Assembly (NCBI GenBank): GCA_045593125.1
Contig: JAZNWB010000051.1
Span: forward strand, 1-43,860
Source: Congzhengia sp.
GTDB taxonomy: Bacteria > Bacillota > Clostridia > UBA1381 > UBA9506
Reading direction: 5' to 3'
Length of the DNA stretch: 43,860 bases
Positions within the stretch are counted from its first letter, which is position 1; each line of letters starts with the position of its first letter. The position numbers and the translations under genes were made by a program. The notes below the pieces were generated by a model. It was not told where the DNA came from, ran no database searches, and saw only the letters and a program-made list of their open reading frames with translations. Below are positions 1 to 10,409 of the stretch, in pieces.

Positions 1-216
1 TCATCAAAGGCGTACACTGCAGTTGAAAAGTTGGAGGCAGACAGGTTAAAGCTTAAGAAGATTGATGACAATGAAAAAGCGTCATTCTTCAACAAAGACG
101 TAATATTAAAGGATATGGGAGTAATTCGTGAGTATGCGGATGAATTGGAAAAAATAGTAGCAAAAGACTACTGGCCTTATCCTACATACGCAGATCTGCT
201 GTTTGGAGTAAAATAA
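1..216 (+). CDS. glnA: Glutamine synthetase type III, C-terminal end (5' truncated by window)
   Basis: Frame open from base 1; ends MGVIREYADELEKIVAKDYWPYPTYADLLF, the characteristic GSIII C-terminus. Confidence 0.85.
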   Translation, partial: SSKAYTAVEKLEADRLKLKKIDDNEKASFFNKDVILKDMGVIREYADELEKIVAKDYWPYPTYADLLFGVK

Positions 217-220
217 TTAT

Positions 221-250
221 TTTGGGTGTCGCAAGCGGCACCCAAATTTT
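221..250 (+). terminator. Intrinsic terminator after glnA
   Basis: Stem TTTGGGTGTCG / CGGCACCCAAA (11 bp, one G-U), loop CAAG, followed by TTTT. Confidence 0.65.
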
Positions 251-261
251 ATGGAGGAAAC

Positions 262-1686
262 ATGTTAAGACGACTTTTTGGCGGAAAAAGATATTGGAAT
301 ACAGTTTTACATCTTGCTATTCCGATTGCTGTACAGAATCTTCTCACAAGTTCCTTTGTGCTGGTAGATACCATTATGGTTGGACAGCTTGGTGATGTTT
401 CTTTGGCAGCAGTAGGTATGGCAGGACAGTGGAGCTGGCTTTTAAGTCTGACACTTTTTGGATTTTCGTCAGCTGCATCGGTGTTTTTTTCGCAATATTA
501 TGGTGATGAAAACTCAGAGGGAATAAAAAAAACCTACGGCATAGTTTTAGCTTTTTTAAGCGTTGCGGTGCTGGGGTTTACAGTATTGGGTTTTTTATTT
601 CCGAGAGCCATAATCGGCATCTTCAATAGGGATACTAAGGTTTTGGAAATTGGTTCTGCATATTTGAAAATAGCAGTTTTTTCTTATCCAGCTATTGCCT
701 TAAATCAAATAATCGGTGTGCTATTGCGTTCCACGGGACGTGCAAAGCTCCCTATGTATGTTTCCGTGGTGACTACAGTACTAAATGCTTTTTTAGATTA
801 CGGACTTATTTTTGGTAGGTTTGGAATGCCCCAACTGGGCATTGAGGGTGCAGCCATCGCTACTGTGATATCATCGTGGATTGGTCCTTTGATAATTTTA
901 TGTATAATGATTTACCAAAAGGATGAAATCGTGTGTGCACCCTTGTGTGAGCTAATGAACTTTTCAAAGGGTGATGTGAAATTATTTTTCACACGTGCCC
1001 TGCCTGTAATTATAAATGAAATGCTCTGGGGTTTGGGTACATTTACCCTTAATGTAATTTACTCAAACATGGGTTATGAATATTATGCGGCAACGACTAT
1101 ATTAAAGACCTTTGATAATATTGTTTTTGCCTTCTTTGTAGGTATTAACAACTCTTGTTGCATTATGGTAGGACAGGAAATAGGTGGCGGAAAAATAAAA
1201 ATGGGCATAAAGGACGCAAAGAGGTTTGCACTTTTGGTGCCACTACTTGCAACAATAGCTTCTGTGTTTATAGTTATTTTCAGGCATGAACTTATCGGGA
1301 TTTTCAACACCTCAGGCACTATAACTCAACTGACAATGAATACAGCATATTCAATCATGGCTATATATGCTGTGGAGTTTCCTCTAAGAAACTTTTTGTA
1401 TGTGATAATTACAGGGATTTTCCGTTCCGGAGGAGATACAAAGACAGGCATGAAATACGACCTTTTGTGTCTTTGGTTTTTTGGTGTGGTAGCCGCGGCA
1501 ATTTCTGCGTACATTTTCAAACTCCCATTTGTTTGGGTGTATGGGTTAAGTCTTATATTTGACGATTGGCCGAAAATGCCGTTATGTATACGGCACTTTT
1601 TGTCAAAAAGGTGGATTGTGCCTGTGACGGAAACAGGAAGAGAAGCCCTGATAGAGTATAAAAAAGAACTGAATAAAATGAGTTAA
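262..1686 (+). CDS. MATE family efflux transporter
   Basis: Highly hydrophobic; LAIP..VDTIMVGQLG..LAAV, FGMPQLGIEGAAIATVIS and FRSGGDT motifs; ATG 262 preceded by GGAGG. Confidence 0.92.
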   Translation: MLRRLFGGKRYWNTVLHLAIPIAVQNLLTSSFVLVDTIMVGQLGDVSLAAVGMAGQWSWLLSLTLFGFSSAASVFFSQYYGDENSEGIKKTYGIVLAFLSVAVLGFTVLGFLFPRAIIGIFNRDTKVLEIGSAYLKIAVFSYPAIALNQIIGVLLRSTGRAKLPMYVSVVTTVLNAFLDYGLIFGRFGMPQLGIEGAAIATVISSWIGPLIILCIMIYQKDEIVCAPLCELMNFSKGDVKLFFTRALPVIINEMLWGLGTFTLNVIYSNMGYEYYAATTILKTFDNIVFAFFVGINNSCCIMVGQEIGGGKIKMGIKDAKRFALLVPLLATIASVFIVIFRHELIGIFNTSGTITQLTMNTAYSIMAIYAVEFPLRNFLYVIITGIFRSGGDTKTGMKYDLLCLWFFGVVAAAISAYIFKLPFVWVYGLSLIFDDWPKMPLCIRHFLSKRWIVPVTETGREALIEYKKELNKMS

Positions 1687-1690
1687 TTTA

Positions 1691-1719
1691 TTGACACAAA
1701 GTATCATATATGCTAAAAT
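1691..1719 (+). promoter_or_regulatory. SigA-type promoter of the pyr operon
   Basis: TTGACA (1691-1696), 17 bp spacer, TAAAAT (1714-1719) with extended -10 TG. Confidence 0.85.
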
Positions 1720-1728
1720 AGATATGAT

Positions 1729-1830
1729 AATCTTAAGGTAGTTGGGACTACCTGCAAGGTTTTAATTGATGTTTAATACATCGCTTTGTGCTGAAATTGA
1801 GGCCTTGTTATCAACAAGGCCTTTTTATTT
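1729..1830 (+). promoter_or_regulatory. pyr leader attenuator (anti-antiterminator / antiterminator / terminator, PyrR-like architecture)
   Basis: Hairpin 1729-1761 (AGGTAGT/ACTACCT upper stem); alternative 14-bp helix 1754-1767 with 1795-1808; terminator 1800-1830. Confidence 0.75.
1800..1830 (+). terminator. Attenuator terminator upstream of pyrC
   Basis: AGGCCTTGTT-ATC-AACAAGGCCT followed by TTTTATTT. Confidence 0.85.
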
Positions 1831-1858
1831 GCGTATTTAGTCTGAAAGGAGCCGGATA

Positions 1859-3073
1859 ATGAACTATTTATTAAAGGGCGTAAAGCTTTGGGATGAAAGT
1901 GATAAAAATCTCGTGGTAGGAGAAAAAAACACCGCAGATATTACGGTTTTGAACCTTGACGGGTGTGTGGCCTTTCCTGCTTTTTGTGATGTTCATGTAC
2001 ATTTTCGTGAACCGGGTTTTGAATATAAGGAAACTATTGAATCAGGCTCTTTGGCAGCAGCAGCGGGCGGTTACACAGATGTTTGTACTATGCCGAACTT
2101 AAATCCTTGTCCTGACAGTTTAGCTACCTTAAATATTCAGCTTAAAAAGATAGACCAGACGGCTCATATAAAGGTTCATCCCTACGGCACTATCACCAAA
2201 GGTCAGCAAGGGTTAGAGCTTTCTGATATGGAGGATATGGCACAGTTTGTTTGCGGATTTTCTGATGATGGTCGCGGTGTGCAAAGTGATGAGCTTATGG
2301 AAGTGGCAATGAATAAAGCAAAGTCTTTGGGCAAGATGATTGTTGCTCATTGTGAGGTGAATGAGTTGCTTCGTGGCGGTTATATTCACGATGGTGAGTA
2401 TGCTAAGCTTCACGGTCACAGAGGAATTTGTTCCGGGAGTGAGTGGCAGCAGATTGCACGCGATATTGAGCTTGTAAAAAGGACAGGGGTTTCCTATCAC
2501 GTTTGTCATATTTCAACTGCAGAAAGTGTTGATATCATAAGAAAAGCTAAGGCTGACGGCGTTGATATTACCTGCGAAACCGCTCCTCACTATCTGATAC
2601 TTACAGATATGGATATAGAGGAAGATGCACGTTTTAAAATGAATCCGCCAATCAGGTCAGAACGTGACAGGGCGGCACTCATTGAAGGATTGGTAGATGG
2701 CACTATTGATATAATTGCAACAGACCATGCACCTCACAGTGCTGATGAAAAAGGCAGAGGCTTAGAAAAAAGCTTGATGGGTGTTGTAGGTTTAGAGACT
2801 GCATTTGCCACAATGTACACACATCTTGTAAGAAAAGGTGTTATCACCTTGGATAGGCTGATTGAGGTTATGGCAATTAACCCGAGAAAGCGTTTTGGGT
2901 TTGAAATAAACAAAAACGATTTGACGATTTTTGATTTAGATTGTGAATATGAAATAAATCCTGATGATTTTAAATCAAATGGAAAAAGCTCACCGTTTGC
3001 AGGAACTAAAGTGTTTGGAAAATGTGTGGCTACGTTCTGCGACGGAAAGCTTGTGTGGAGGGAAGAAGCATGA
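1859..3073 (+). CDS. pyrC: Dihydroorotase
   Basis: DVHVHFREPG, MPNLNP, KMNPPIR and IATDHAPH motifs; first gene of pyr operon. Confidence 0.95.
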   Translation: MNYLLKGVKLWDESDKNLVVGEKNTADITVLNLDGCVAFPAFCDVHVHFREPGFEYKETIESGSLAAAAGGYTDVCTMPNLNPCPDSLATLNIQLKKIDQTAHIKVHPYGTITKGQQGLELSDMEDMAQFVCGFSDDGRGVQSDELMEVAMNKAKSLGKMIVAHCEVNELLRGGYIHDGEYAKLHGHRGICSGSEWQQIARDIELVKRTGVSYHVCHISTAESVDIIRKAKADGVDITCETAPHYLILTDMDIEEDARFKMNPPIRSERDRAALIEGLVDGTIDIIATDHAPHSADEKGRGLEKSLMGVVGLETAFATMYTHLVRKGVITLDRLIEVMAINPRKRFGFEINKNDLTIFDLDCEYEINPDDFKSNGKSSPFAGTKVFGKCVATFCDGKLVWREEA

Positions 3074-3801
3074 TAAGTGCGTATTATAAGGTGATTTCTA
3101 ATGAGAAATTGACCGAAAATGCATATAAAATGGTACTGGGTGGGGAAACGGATGCAATTACCGCTCCCGGTCAGTTTATAAATATTAAGCTTGAAGGCTT
3201 GTTTTTGAGACGTCCTATCTCAATCTATGATTGGGACGATAAAACCTTAACAATTATCTACAAGGTTGTAGGAGAAGGCACAGAGCAAATGGCAGAAATC
3301 AATGCAGGAGAAGAGCTTGACTGTCTGGTTGGTCTTGGTAATGGTTTTGACACATCTGTTTCGGGAGAAAGACCGGTGCTTATAGGTGGTGGCGTTGGTA
3401 TTCCGCCTATGTATGGTTTAGCCAAAAAATTAATTGCCGAGGGAAAGAAGCCTCAGGTTATCTTGGGATTTAACAAAGAGAGTGAAATTTTTGCTTACAA
3501 TGAATTTAAAGAAATCTGTGATGAGGTTTTTGTTACCACAGTTGACGGAAGTGTGGGGACTTGCGGTTTTGTTACAGATGTTTTAAAGAATCTTGATTAT
3601 ACATATTTTTACACCTGTGGTCCTATGCCAATGTTTAGAGCAATAGAGGCAACAGCTGTGGGTTCAGGTCAGTTCAGCTTTGAAGAGCGTATGGGTTGCG
3701 GTTTTGGTGCTTGTATGGGTTGTACCTGCAAGACAAAATACGGCAACAAGCGAATTTGTAAAGATGGTCCTGTGTTGGTAAGGGAGGAAATAATATGGTA
3801 G
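3070..3801 (+). CDS. pyrK: Dihydroorotate dehydrogenase B electron transfer subunit
   Basis: LRRPISI, GGGVGIPP and ERMGCGFGACMGC 2Fe-2S motif; start reassigned to ATG 3070 overlapping the pyrC stop (ATGA). Confidence 0.93.
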   Translation: MISAYYKVISNEKLTENAYKMVLGGETDAITAPGQFINIKLEGLFLRRPISIYDWDDKTLTIIYKVVGEGTEQMAEINAGEELDCLVGLGNGFDTSVSGERPVLIGGGVGIPPMYGLAKKLIAEGKKPQVILGFNKESEIFAYNEFKEICDEVFVTTVDGSVGTCGFVTDVLKNLDYTYFYTCGPMPMFRAIEATAVGSGQFSFEERMGCGFGACMGCTCKTKYGNKRICKDGPVLVREEIIW

Positions 3802-4706
3802 ATACAAAAGTAACCCTTTCGGGAATAGAGCTTGCAAATCCCATAATCCCTGCCAGCGGAACATTCGGTTTTGGTTATGAATTTGCTGAACTCTACGATA
3901 TAAATATGCTCGGCACATTTTCATTCAAGGGAACAACTAAGGATGCCCGTTTTGGAAATCCTACACCCAGAATTGCTGAGTGTCGTGAGGGTATGATAAA
4001 CTCAGTAGGGTTACAGAATCCCGGTGTTCACAAGGTTATTGAAGAAGAATTGCCCAAGCTCAAACAGTGCTTTTCAAAACCTGTTATGGCAAATGTATCG
4101 GGATTTTCTGTTGAAGAATATGTGTATACTTGTGAGCTTTTGGATAAATGCCCTCAGGTAGGTTGGTTAGAGGTTAATATCTCTTGTCCCAACGTTCATA
4201 ACGGTGGTATGGCATTCGGAACGTCTGCGGATAATGCGGCTCAGGTAGTGAAGGCTGTAAAAGCGGTAACAAAAAAGCCTGTGTATGTGAAGTTATCTCC
4301 CAATGTAACAGACATTGCATCAATTGCAGTTGCCTGTGAAGAGGCAGGAGCTGACGGCATCAGCCTAATCAATACACTGCTTGGCATGAAAATAGATTTA
4401 AAGACAAAGAAACCTGTGGTTGCAAATAAAATGGGCGGCTTTTCAGGAAGAGCAATCTTCCCCGTGGCTGTTCGTATGGTGTACCAGGTATATGAGGCAG
4501 TTAAAATTCCGATTATCGGTATGGGTGGTGTGGCAACTGCTGAAGACGTTATAGAAATGATGCTCGCAGGTGCTACCGCAGTAGAAGTAGGGGCAGAGAA
4601 TTTAGTTAACCCCTATGCCTGCCGTGATATTATTGAAGATTTACCCCGAGTTATGAAAAAATATGGAATTAATAAATTAACAGATATAATAGGAGGCGCT
4701 CACTAA
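3795..4706 (+). CDS. pyrD: Dihydroorotate dehydrogenase class 1B catalytic subunit
   Basis: [35 protein letters not shown] motifs. Confidence 0.95.
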   Translation: MVDTKVTLSGIELANPIIPASGTFGFGYEFAELYDINMLGTFSFKGTTKDARFGNPTPRIAECREGMINSVGLQNPGVHKVIEEELPKLKQCFSKPVMANVSGFSVEEYVYTCELLDKCPQVGWLEVNISCPNVHNGGMAFGTSADNAAQVVKAVKAVTKKPVYVKLSPNVTDIASIAVACEEAGADGISLINTLLGMKIDLKTKKPVVANKMGGFSGRAIFPVAVRMVYQVYEAVKIPIIGMGGVATAEDVIEMMLAGATAVEVGAENLVNPYACRDIIEDLPRVMKKYGINKLTDIIGGAH

Positions 4707-5404
4707 TGGGAAAAGACGTAATTATTGCCTGCGATTTTGCAGGTAAAAAAGAAGCTTTAGCGTTTCTGGACAAGTTTACAGAGGAAAAACCTTTTGTAAA
4801 AATCGGTATGGAGTTATTCTATGCTGAGGGTCCTGAGATTGTAAGGGAGATTAAAGCAAGAGGTCACAAGATATTTTTGGATTTGAAGCTTCACGATATC
4901 CCCAATACAGTTAAAAAGTCAATGGCGGTTTTATCGAGACTTGACGTTGATATGTGTAATTTACATGCTGCAGGAACATCTGCTATGATGACTGCTGCAA
5001 TCGAAGGATTGACAAGGGATGACGGCACACGTCCGTTGCTTATCGCAGTAACGCAGTTAACATCTACAAGCCAGGAAAGAATGACGGATGAAATTTTAAT
5101 AGACAAGCCCATTGATGAGGTTGTTATGAGTTATGCACGTACCGCTCACGACGCAGGTTTAGACGGTGTAGTTTGCTCGCCGTTAGAAGCCGGCAAGGTA
5201 CATGAAACTTGCGGAAGTGAGTTTTTAACAGTAACACCCGGTGTAAGATTTGCTGATGGAGATATTGGCGATCAGGTAAGAGTTACAACGCCCGAGAAAG
5301 CCAAAGAAATCGGCTCTGACTATATTGTTGTGGGCAGACCTATTACGGCGGCGGAAGACCCTGTTGCGGCATACAGAAGATGTATGAAAGAATTTGTAGA
5401 ATAG
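4706..5404 (+). CDS. pyrF: Orotidine-5'-phosphate decarboxylase
   Basis: [19 protein letters not shown] and IVVGRPIT motifs. Confidence 0.96.
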   Translation: MGKDVIIACDFAGKKEALAFLDKFTEEKPFVKIGMELFYAEGPEIVREIKARGHKIFLDLKLHDIPNTVKKSMAVLSRLDVDMCNLHAAGTSAMMTAAIEGLTRDDGTRPLLIAVTQLTSTSQERMTDEILIDKPIDEVVMSYARTAHDAGLDGVVCSPLEAGKVHETCGSEFLTVTPGVRFADGDIGDQVRVTTPEKAKEIGSDYIVVGRPITAAEDPVAAYRRCMKEFVE

Positions 5405-5415
5405 AGGTAGATAAA

Positions 5416-6045
5416 ATGGAAAAATTAATTGCTAAAGGTTTATTAGAAATCAAGGCAGTATTCTTACGCCCCGAAGAACCCTTTACTTGGGCAAGCGGCA
5501 TTAAAAGCCCCATTTACTGTGATAACAGATTAACACTTACTGCTCCCGAGGTAAGAAACCACGTGGAAAATGGTCTTGTTGAAAAAATTCGTGAGCATTA
5601 TCCCGAGGTTGAAGTGCTTATGGGTACATCAACAGCAGGTATAGCACATGCCGCTATCTGCGGACACATTATGGGTATTCCCATGGGTTATGTTCGCTCA
5701 GGCAACAAAGACCACGGCAGACAAAATAAAATTGAGGGTAAGCTCGAGGCGGGACAAAAGGTCGTAGTTGTTGAGGATTTAATTTCAACAGGCGGCAGCG
5801 TTATTGAGGTTGTAGAGTCCTTGAGGGATGCGGGTGCCGACGTTTTAGGCGTTGTAAGTATCTTTACATACGGTATGCAGAAAGGTCTAGATCGCTTGCG
5901 TGATGCAAATATCAAGAATGTAAGCCTTTCTAACTTTGACGCAGTAGTAGAGGTTGCGGCTGAAACTGGTTACATAAAGCCCGAAGACAAAGCTCGTCTT
6001 ATTGCTTTTCGCAATAATCCCAGCGATGAATCCTGGATAAAATAA
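5416..6045 (+). CDS. pyrE: Orotate phosphoribosyltransferase
   Basis: [16 protein letters not shown] and [17 protein letters not shown] loop; ATG 5416 after AGAGGT. Confidence 0.95.
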   Translation: MEKLIAKGLLEIKAVFLRPEEPFTWASGIKSPIYCDNRLTLTAPEVRNHVENGLVEKIREHYPEVEVLMGTSTAGIAHAAICGHIMGIPMGYVRSGNKDHGRQNKIEGKLEAGQKVVVVEDLISTGGSVIEVVESLRDAGADVLGVVSIFTYGMQKGLDRLRDANIKNVSLSNFDAVVEVAAETGYIKPEDKARLIAFRNNPSDESWIK

Positions 6046-6072
6046 TTATTTAAATTAAGGAGAATGTGCATT

Positions 6073-6990
6073 ATGAGAAGTGTAATTGATATTCTCGACC
6101 TTACAAAAGAAGAAATTGCAGAGCTTATAGGTGTTGCCGAGGACATAATCAAAAACCCCGACAATTACCGTGAAAAGTGCAAGCATAAAAAACTAGCGAC
6201 TCTCTTCTTCGAGCCATCTACACGTACACGCTTGAGCTTTGAAGCGGCAATGTATGAACTTGGAGGAAATGTATTGAGTATTTCTGACGGAGAATCATCA
6301 TCAGCATCAAAGGGCGAAAGCGTACACGATACAATCAAGGTTGTTAACTGTTATGCTGACGTTATTGCCATGCGACATCCCAAAGAGGGTGCGGCATTAG
6401 TTGCAGCAATGGCATCAGATATTCCTGTAATTAACGCAGGTGATGGCGGACACAACCATCCCACTCAGACTTTGGCGGATTTACTCACAATCCACAGGGA
6501 AAAGGGAACACTTGATAATCTCACAGTGGGATTTTGCGGAGATTTAAAGTTTGGAAGAACTGTTCACTCGCTTATCCATGCCCTTACAAGGTATCAAAAT
6601 ATCAAGGTTGTTCTGATTTCTCCTGAGGAGTTAAAGCTCCCTGATTATATGCTTGAAGATATGGCGGCTCACGGACTTGAATATGTAGAAACAACGTCAT
6701 TAGACGAATATATGGGTGAGCTTGATGTTTTATATATGACACGTGTGCAGAAGGAAAGATTTTTCAATGAGCAAGATTATATCCGCTTAAAAGACAGCTA
6801 CATTTTGTCTCCCGAAAAACTGTTGCCTGCGAAGGCTGATATGATTATTCTTCATCCCCTGCCGAGAGTAAACGAAATTACGGTAGCAGTGGATAGTGAC
6901 TCCAGAGCTTGCTACTTTAAGCAGGTTTTAAATGCAAAATATATGCGTATGGCGCTGATTTTAAAAGTTTTAGAGGAGGCGGCAAAATGA
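6073..6990 (+). CDS. pyrB: Aspartate carbamoyltransferase catalytic chain
   Basis: [22 protein letters not shown] and ILHPLPR motifs; ATG 6073 fits AAGGAG spacing. Confidence 0.96.
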   Translation: MRSVIDILDLTKEEIAELIGVAEDIIKNPDNYREKCKHKKLATLFFEPSTRTRLSFEAAMYELGGNVLSISDGESSSASKGESVHDTIKVVNCYADVIAMRHPKEGAALVAAMASDIPVINAGDGGHNHPTQTLADLLTIHREKGTLDNLTVGFCGDLKFGRTVHSLIHALTRYQNIKVVLISPEELKLPDYMLEDMAAHGLEYVETTSLDEYMGELDVLYMTRVQKERFFNEQDYIRLKDSYILSPEKLLPAKADMIILHPLPRVNEITVAVDSDSRACYFKQVLNAKYMRMALILKVLEEAAK

Positions 6991-7403
6991 TTATAGGACA
7001 GATAAAAGATGGTATCGTTTTAGACCATATTACTGCAGGTAAGTGTATGGAAATTTACACAGCATTAGAGCTTGACAAACTCGATTGTCAGGTGGCAATC
7101 ATAAAAAATGCAGAAAGTAAAAAGCACGGGAAAAAAGATATTATAAAGATAGACCAGGCAATAGATATTGACCTGAATGTTTTAGGGTATCTTGATGAGC
7201 GTGTGACAGTAAATGTTATTAAGGGCGGAAAGCTCTTCAAAAGAGAACATCTAGAAGCACCTGCAGAAATTAAAAATGTTATTAAATGCAAAAATCCCAG
7301 ATGCATCACAACAACAGAACAGGAACTTCCTCATGTATTTAAATTAACAGACAGAGAGAAGAAAATATATAGATGCATTTACTGTGAAAGTCAAGGAAAA
7401 TAA
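6987..7403 (+). CDS. pyrI: Aspartate carbamoyltransferase regulatory chain
   Basis: [11 protein letters not shown]-terminus, KKDIIKI, Zn motif CKNPRC...RCIYCE. Confidence 0.92.
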   Translation: MIIGQIKDGIVLDHITAGKCMEIYTALELDKLDCQVAIIKNAESKKHGKKDIIKIDQAIDIDLNVLGYLDERVTVNVIKGGKLFKREHLEAPAEIKNVIKCKNPRCITTTEQELPHVFKLTDREKKIYRCIYCESQGK

Positions 7404-7422
7404 AGAAAGAGGTATTATAAAA

Positions 7423-8166
7423 ATGGAAAACAAAGTATTAGCCAATGTGGGTGGAAACCCTATTTATCAGTCAGAGGTTGATGAGGTTGTAGCGGCTTAC
7501 GCACAACGCGGTCAGAATTTAGATACACCTCAGTCAAGAGAAATGATTTTAGAGCAGCTAATCGGCAAAAAGCTGATGATTTTAGATGCTAAGAAAAACC
7601 TGATGGAGCACAATGCTGAATTTAAAGCTGAGCTTGAAAAAATGAAGAACGAAATGCTCGCAAACTTTAACGTAACAAAGGTTATGGAAAAAGTTGAAGT
7701 AAAAGACGAGGAATTAAAAGAATATTACGAAGAAAACAAGGCTCAGTTTATAAAGGGCGAGTCAGTTGCAGCAAGTCATATTTTAGTAGATTCTGAAGAA
7801 AAAGCAAACGAATTAAAGGCGAAAATTGAAGCAAATGAAATATCATTTGAGGATGCCGCACGTGAAAACAGCTCTTGTCCTTCAGGTCAAAATGGTGGTG
7901 CTTTAGGTGAATTTACAAAGGGACAGATGGTTCCTGAATTTGATTCGGCTGTATTTTCTATGGAAGTAGGAGAAATCTGCGGCCCTGTAAAAACTCAGTT
8001 TGGTTACCACGTTATTAAGCTTACAGCGAAAAACGAGTCATCAGAAATGGCATTTGATGAAGTGAAAGCTCAGCTTAAAAACGCAATGATGCAGGAAAAA
8101 CGTCAGCAGGCTTATGAATCAAAAATCAATCAGTTAAAGATTGTATATCCCGTAGATAAGTTCTAA
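7423..8166 (+). CDS. Parvulin-type peptidyl-prolyl isomerase (no signal peptide visible)
   Basis: ASHILV, FEDAARENSSCPS, GGALGEF..GQMVPEF, VKTQFGYHVI; ATG 7423 after AGAGGT. Confidence 0.9.
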   Translation: MENKVLANVGGNPIYQSEVDEVVAAYAQRGQNLDTPQSREMILEQLIGKKLMILDAKKNLMEHNAEFKAELEKMKNEMLANFNVTKVMEKVEVKDEELKEYYEENKAQFIKGESVAASHILVDSEEKANELKAKIEANEISFEDAARENSSCPSGQNGGALGEFTKGQMVPEFDSAVFSMEVGEICGPVKTQFGYHVIKLTAKNESSEMAFDEVKAQLKNAMMQEKRQQAYESKINQLKIVYPVDKF

Positions 8167-8222
8167 TTTATGACTGGTATATTTAGATCAGAACGTCAAA
8201 AATAAAGAATTTTAACAATTTT

Positions 8223-8263
8223 AAAAAAGAAGGAACTCAAAATTTTGAGTTCCTTTGTTTTTT
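8223..8263. terminator. Bidirectional intrinsic terminator between convergent PPIase and degV
   Basis: AAGGAACTCAA-AATT-TTGAGTTCCTT flanked by an A-rich tract and a T-rich tract. Confidence 0.85.
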
Positions 8264-8382
8264 ATATTTTTGACTATGAACATTCTTCGCCTCTCGCTGT
8301 ACCTATGTACAGCTTCGGATTCAGACTGCCCATTCTGCATCTAAATATCCTGGGTCATAATGACCATTTTCTTAATGGAGTA

Positions 8383-9234
8383 CTATTTTTTAAGGAAAAT
8401 TCCACATACTGGTCCGATATGAGATGCGATTAACGGACCTACTTTATATTCTATAACTTTACAGTTGGGGAATTTTTCTTTAAGTCTCTCAGTAATTTCT
8501 GCAACCTCGGCATCCAATTTTCCGTTGGGAATGTAGAATGTGGTATCGTCCTGATTAGGATGACGCTCGATTGCGTAGTCAAACATTTTTTTTGCAATTT
8601 TCTTTCTGCCACGTACCTTGCCCACTGCTGAAACTGTACCGTCAACTAAAGATAGGACGGGAACAATATCCAGCATATTACCAAAGACCAAAGATGCTTT
8701 ATTTATTCTTCCGCCTTTTTCCAAGTATTCCAATGTGTTTGGAATGAAGTAAACAGTATAGCTGTCCATAAGAGCTTTTACTGCATCTATTATTTCAGGA
8801 ATTGTTTTTCCTTCACGGGCAAGTTTTGCTGCCTCAATAACCGCCATGCCATAAGAGAAGGAGTAGCCGTAGGAGTCAAAAACTTCAACTACAGCATCAG
8901 GGTTTTCTTCTAAAATCATATTCTTTGCTAAGTTTGCATTGTTATTTAAACCGCTGGCCTTGGAAGAAAGAGTAATAAATAAAACTTCTTTTCCCTCATC
9001 AACGTATTTCTTTAATAAATCGTAAATCTCGCCCGTTGTGGGTTGAGAGGTTTTGGGAAATTCCTTTAAATTCTCCAAAAGGGCATAAAAATCATCCGAG
9101 AATGTATCAACGCCTGCAAGATACTCTTTGCCGTCAGCATAAATACGCAAAGGCAGTACTGCAACACCAAACTCTTCCTGCTGTTCTTTTGTAAGGTCTG
9201 CACCAGCATCTGTGATAATTTTAATTTCTGCCAT
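8383..9234 (-). CDS. DegV/FakB family fatty-acid-binding protein
   Basis: IITDAGADL, PKTSQP, LSSKASG, LEYLEKGGRI, ASHIGP motifs. Confidence 0.92.
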   Translation of the reverse strand: MAEIKIITDAGADLTKEQQEEFGVAVLPLRIYADGKEYLAGVDTFSDDFYALLENLKEFPKTSQPTTGEIYDLLKKYVDEGKEVLFITLSSKASGLNNNANLAKNMILEENPDAVVEVFDSYGYSFSYGMAVIEAAKLAREGKTIPEIIDAVKALMDSYTVYFIPNTLEYLEKGGRINKASLVFGNMLDIVPVLSLVDGTVSAVGKVRGRKKIAKKMFDYAIERHPNQDDTTFYIPNGKLDAEVAEITERLKEKFPNCKVIEYKVGPLIASHIGPVCGIFLKK

Positions 9235-9254
9235 ATATAAATCGTCCTTTCGTT

Positions 9255-10346
9255 TTAGTTAAAGTGTATATTATATGTTTTTCGTCTGACAGAAAGGACT
9301 AATCCCATCGCCATACTAATAGCAAGAACAGATGAACCGCCGTAGCTTACGAAGGGCAATGGAATGCCTGTTACTGGGAGTAACCCTACTGTCATGCTGA
9401 TATTCTCGATCACATGAAATGTGAGCCACGAACTGACGCCTGTACATATTATGCGTCCTAAATTATCGGTAGCATTTCTTGCTATATAAAAACACCTGAA
9501 AATCAAAATAATAAATATTATTAAAGTAAATGTAGTTCCTAAAAAACCAAACTCCTCCCCTAAAATGGAAAAGATAAAGTCTGTATCTTTTTCCGGTAGG
9601 TAGGAAAGTGAGTTCAGGGGACCACGTCTGTACCCTGTGCCCAAAATACCGCCTGAGGATACTGCAAGCTTTGAAAGATACACCTGATATCCTGAGCCAA
9701 GTAAATCTTTTTCAGGATTTAAGAAAACCTCTATTCTGTCCCTTTGATAATCGGACATTAAAAGCCACGCAAGGGGAAGTATGATTAAGGTAAGGGCTAT
9801 TGCTGTTATAATGAATTTTGGTGCAATGCCTGAGACAAGCAGGCATGTGCTAAGCATAAATACAAATACAAGAGCTGTTCCTGTATCATTCTGCAATACA
9901 ACAAGTCCAATAACAGGCAGGCATTTTAAAATAAAAATAAAAAGCTCCTTTGGGTTATTGAGCGTATTTTTTTCAAGCATAGAAGAAATGTTGCAGGATA
10001 TATAGAGGCAAAACAGAATCTTTACAAATTCTGAAGGCTGAACACCTATTTTTCCCAAACGAATCCAGCTTATTGCTCCTGTCTCTTCTTTTCCTATGCC
10101 AAAAACAAATACAATTAAAAGAAAAAATATGCTCAAAAAATATATATGATTGGGGTTTCTTTGTATGCTGCGGTAATCCCAAAAAGAAATTAAAATCATT
10201 GAGATTAGCCCGAGACAATACGCAAATAACTGAACTTGGACTTTTCCTTTGTCTGCTGCAGAAAAAAGCGTTACTGCACCGATTGACATCAGAAAAATCA
10301 CCGATGCTATCACAACAAAATCAGTTGCCAAAAAATGCTTTTTCAA
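9255..10346 (-). CDS. SEDS family protein (RodA/FtsW/SpoVE), most like RodA
   Basis: QPSEFVK, QNDTGT, GYQ..SGG..G, LPEKDTDFIFSILGEEFG, PVTGIPLPFVSYGGSS; TTG start after AGAGGTG. Confidence 0.9.
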   Translation of the reverse strand: MKKHFLATDFVVIASVIFLMSIGAVTLFSAADKGKVQVQLFAYCLGLISMILISFWDYRSIQRNPNHIYFLSIFFLLIVFVFGIGKEETGAISWIRLGKIGVQPSEFVKILFCLYISCNISSMLEKNTLNNPKELFIFILKCLPVIGLVVLQNDTGTALVFVFMLSTCLLVSGIAPKFIITAIALTLIILPLAWLLMSDYQRDRIEVFLNPEKDLLGSGYQVYLSKLAVSSGGILGTGYRRGPLNSLSYLPEKDTDFIFSILGEEFGFLGTTFTLIIFIILIFRCFYIARNATDNLGRIICTGVSSWLTFHVIENISMTVGLLPVTGIPLPFVSYGGSSVLAISMAMGLVLSVRRKTYNIHFN

Positions 10347-10409
10347 TATAGCACCTCTATTGTATCATAAATAATTTCATAAATCAAACCTTATTGTGTG
10401 TAATTTGGC

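Noticed and set aside
8273-8365. Assignment of the degV 3' element as a THF or c-di-AMP riboswitch, or as an HDV-like or hammerhead ribozyme
   Set aside because: Only short words match (AUGGG, CUGAAUCC, GGCGAA); core consensus such as GCGUUAAGUG, the HDV L3 loop or CUGANGA is missing, and it is not 5' of a gene
8245-8433. 62-aa plus-strand ORF between PPIase and degV
   Set aside because: Starts inside the terminator hairpin, overlaps the degV end antisense, and has no recognisable motif
10359-10387. TTGATT-17-TACAAT promoter for the SEDS gene
   Set aside because: The predicted start would fall within the SD, leaving almost no leader; cannot be separated from alternative or sporulation-sigma readings
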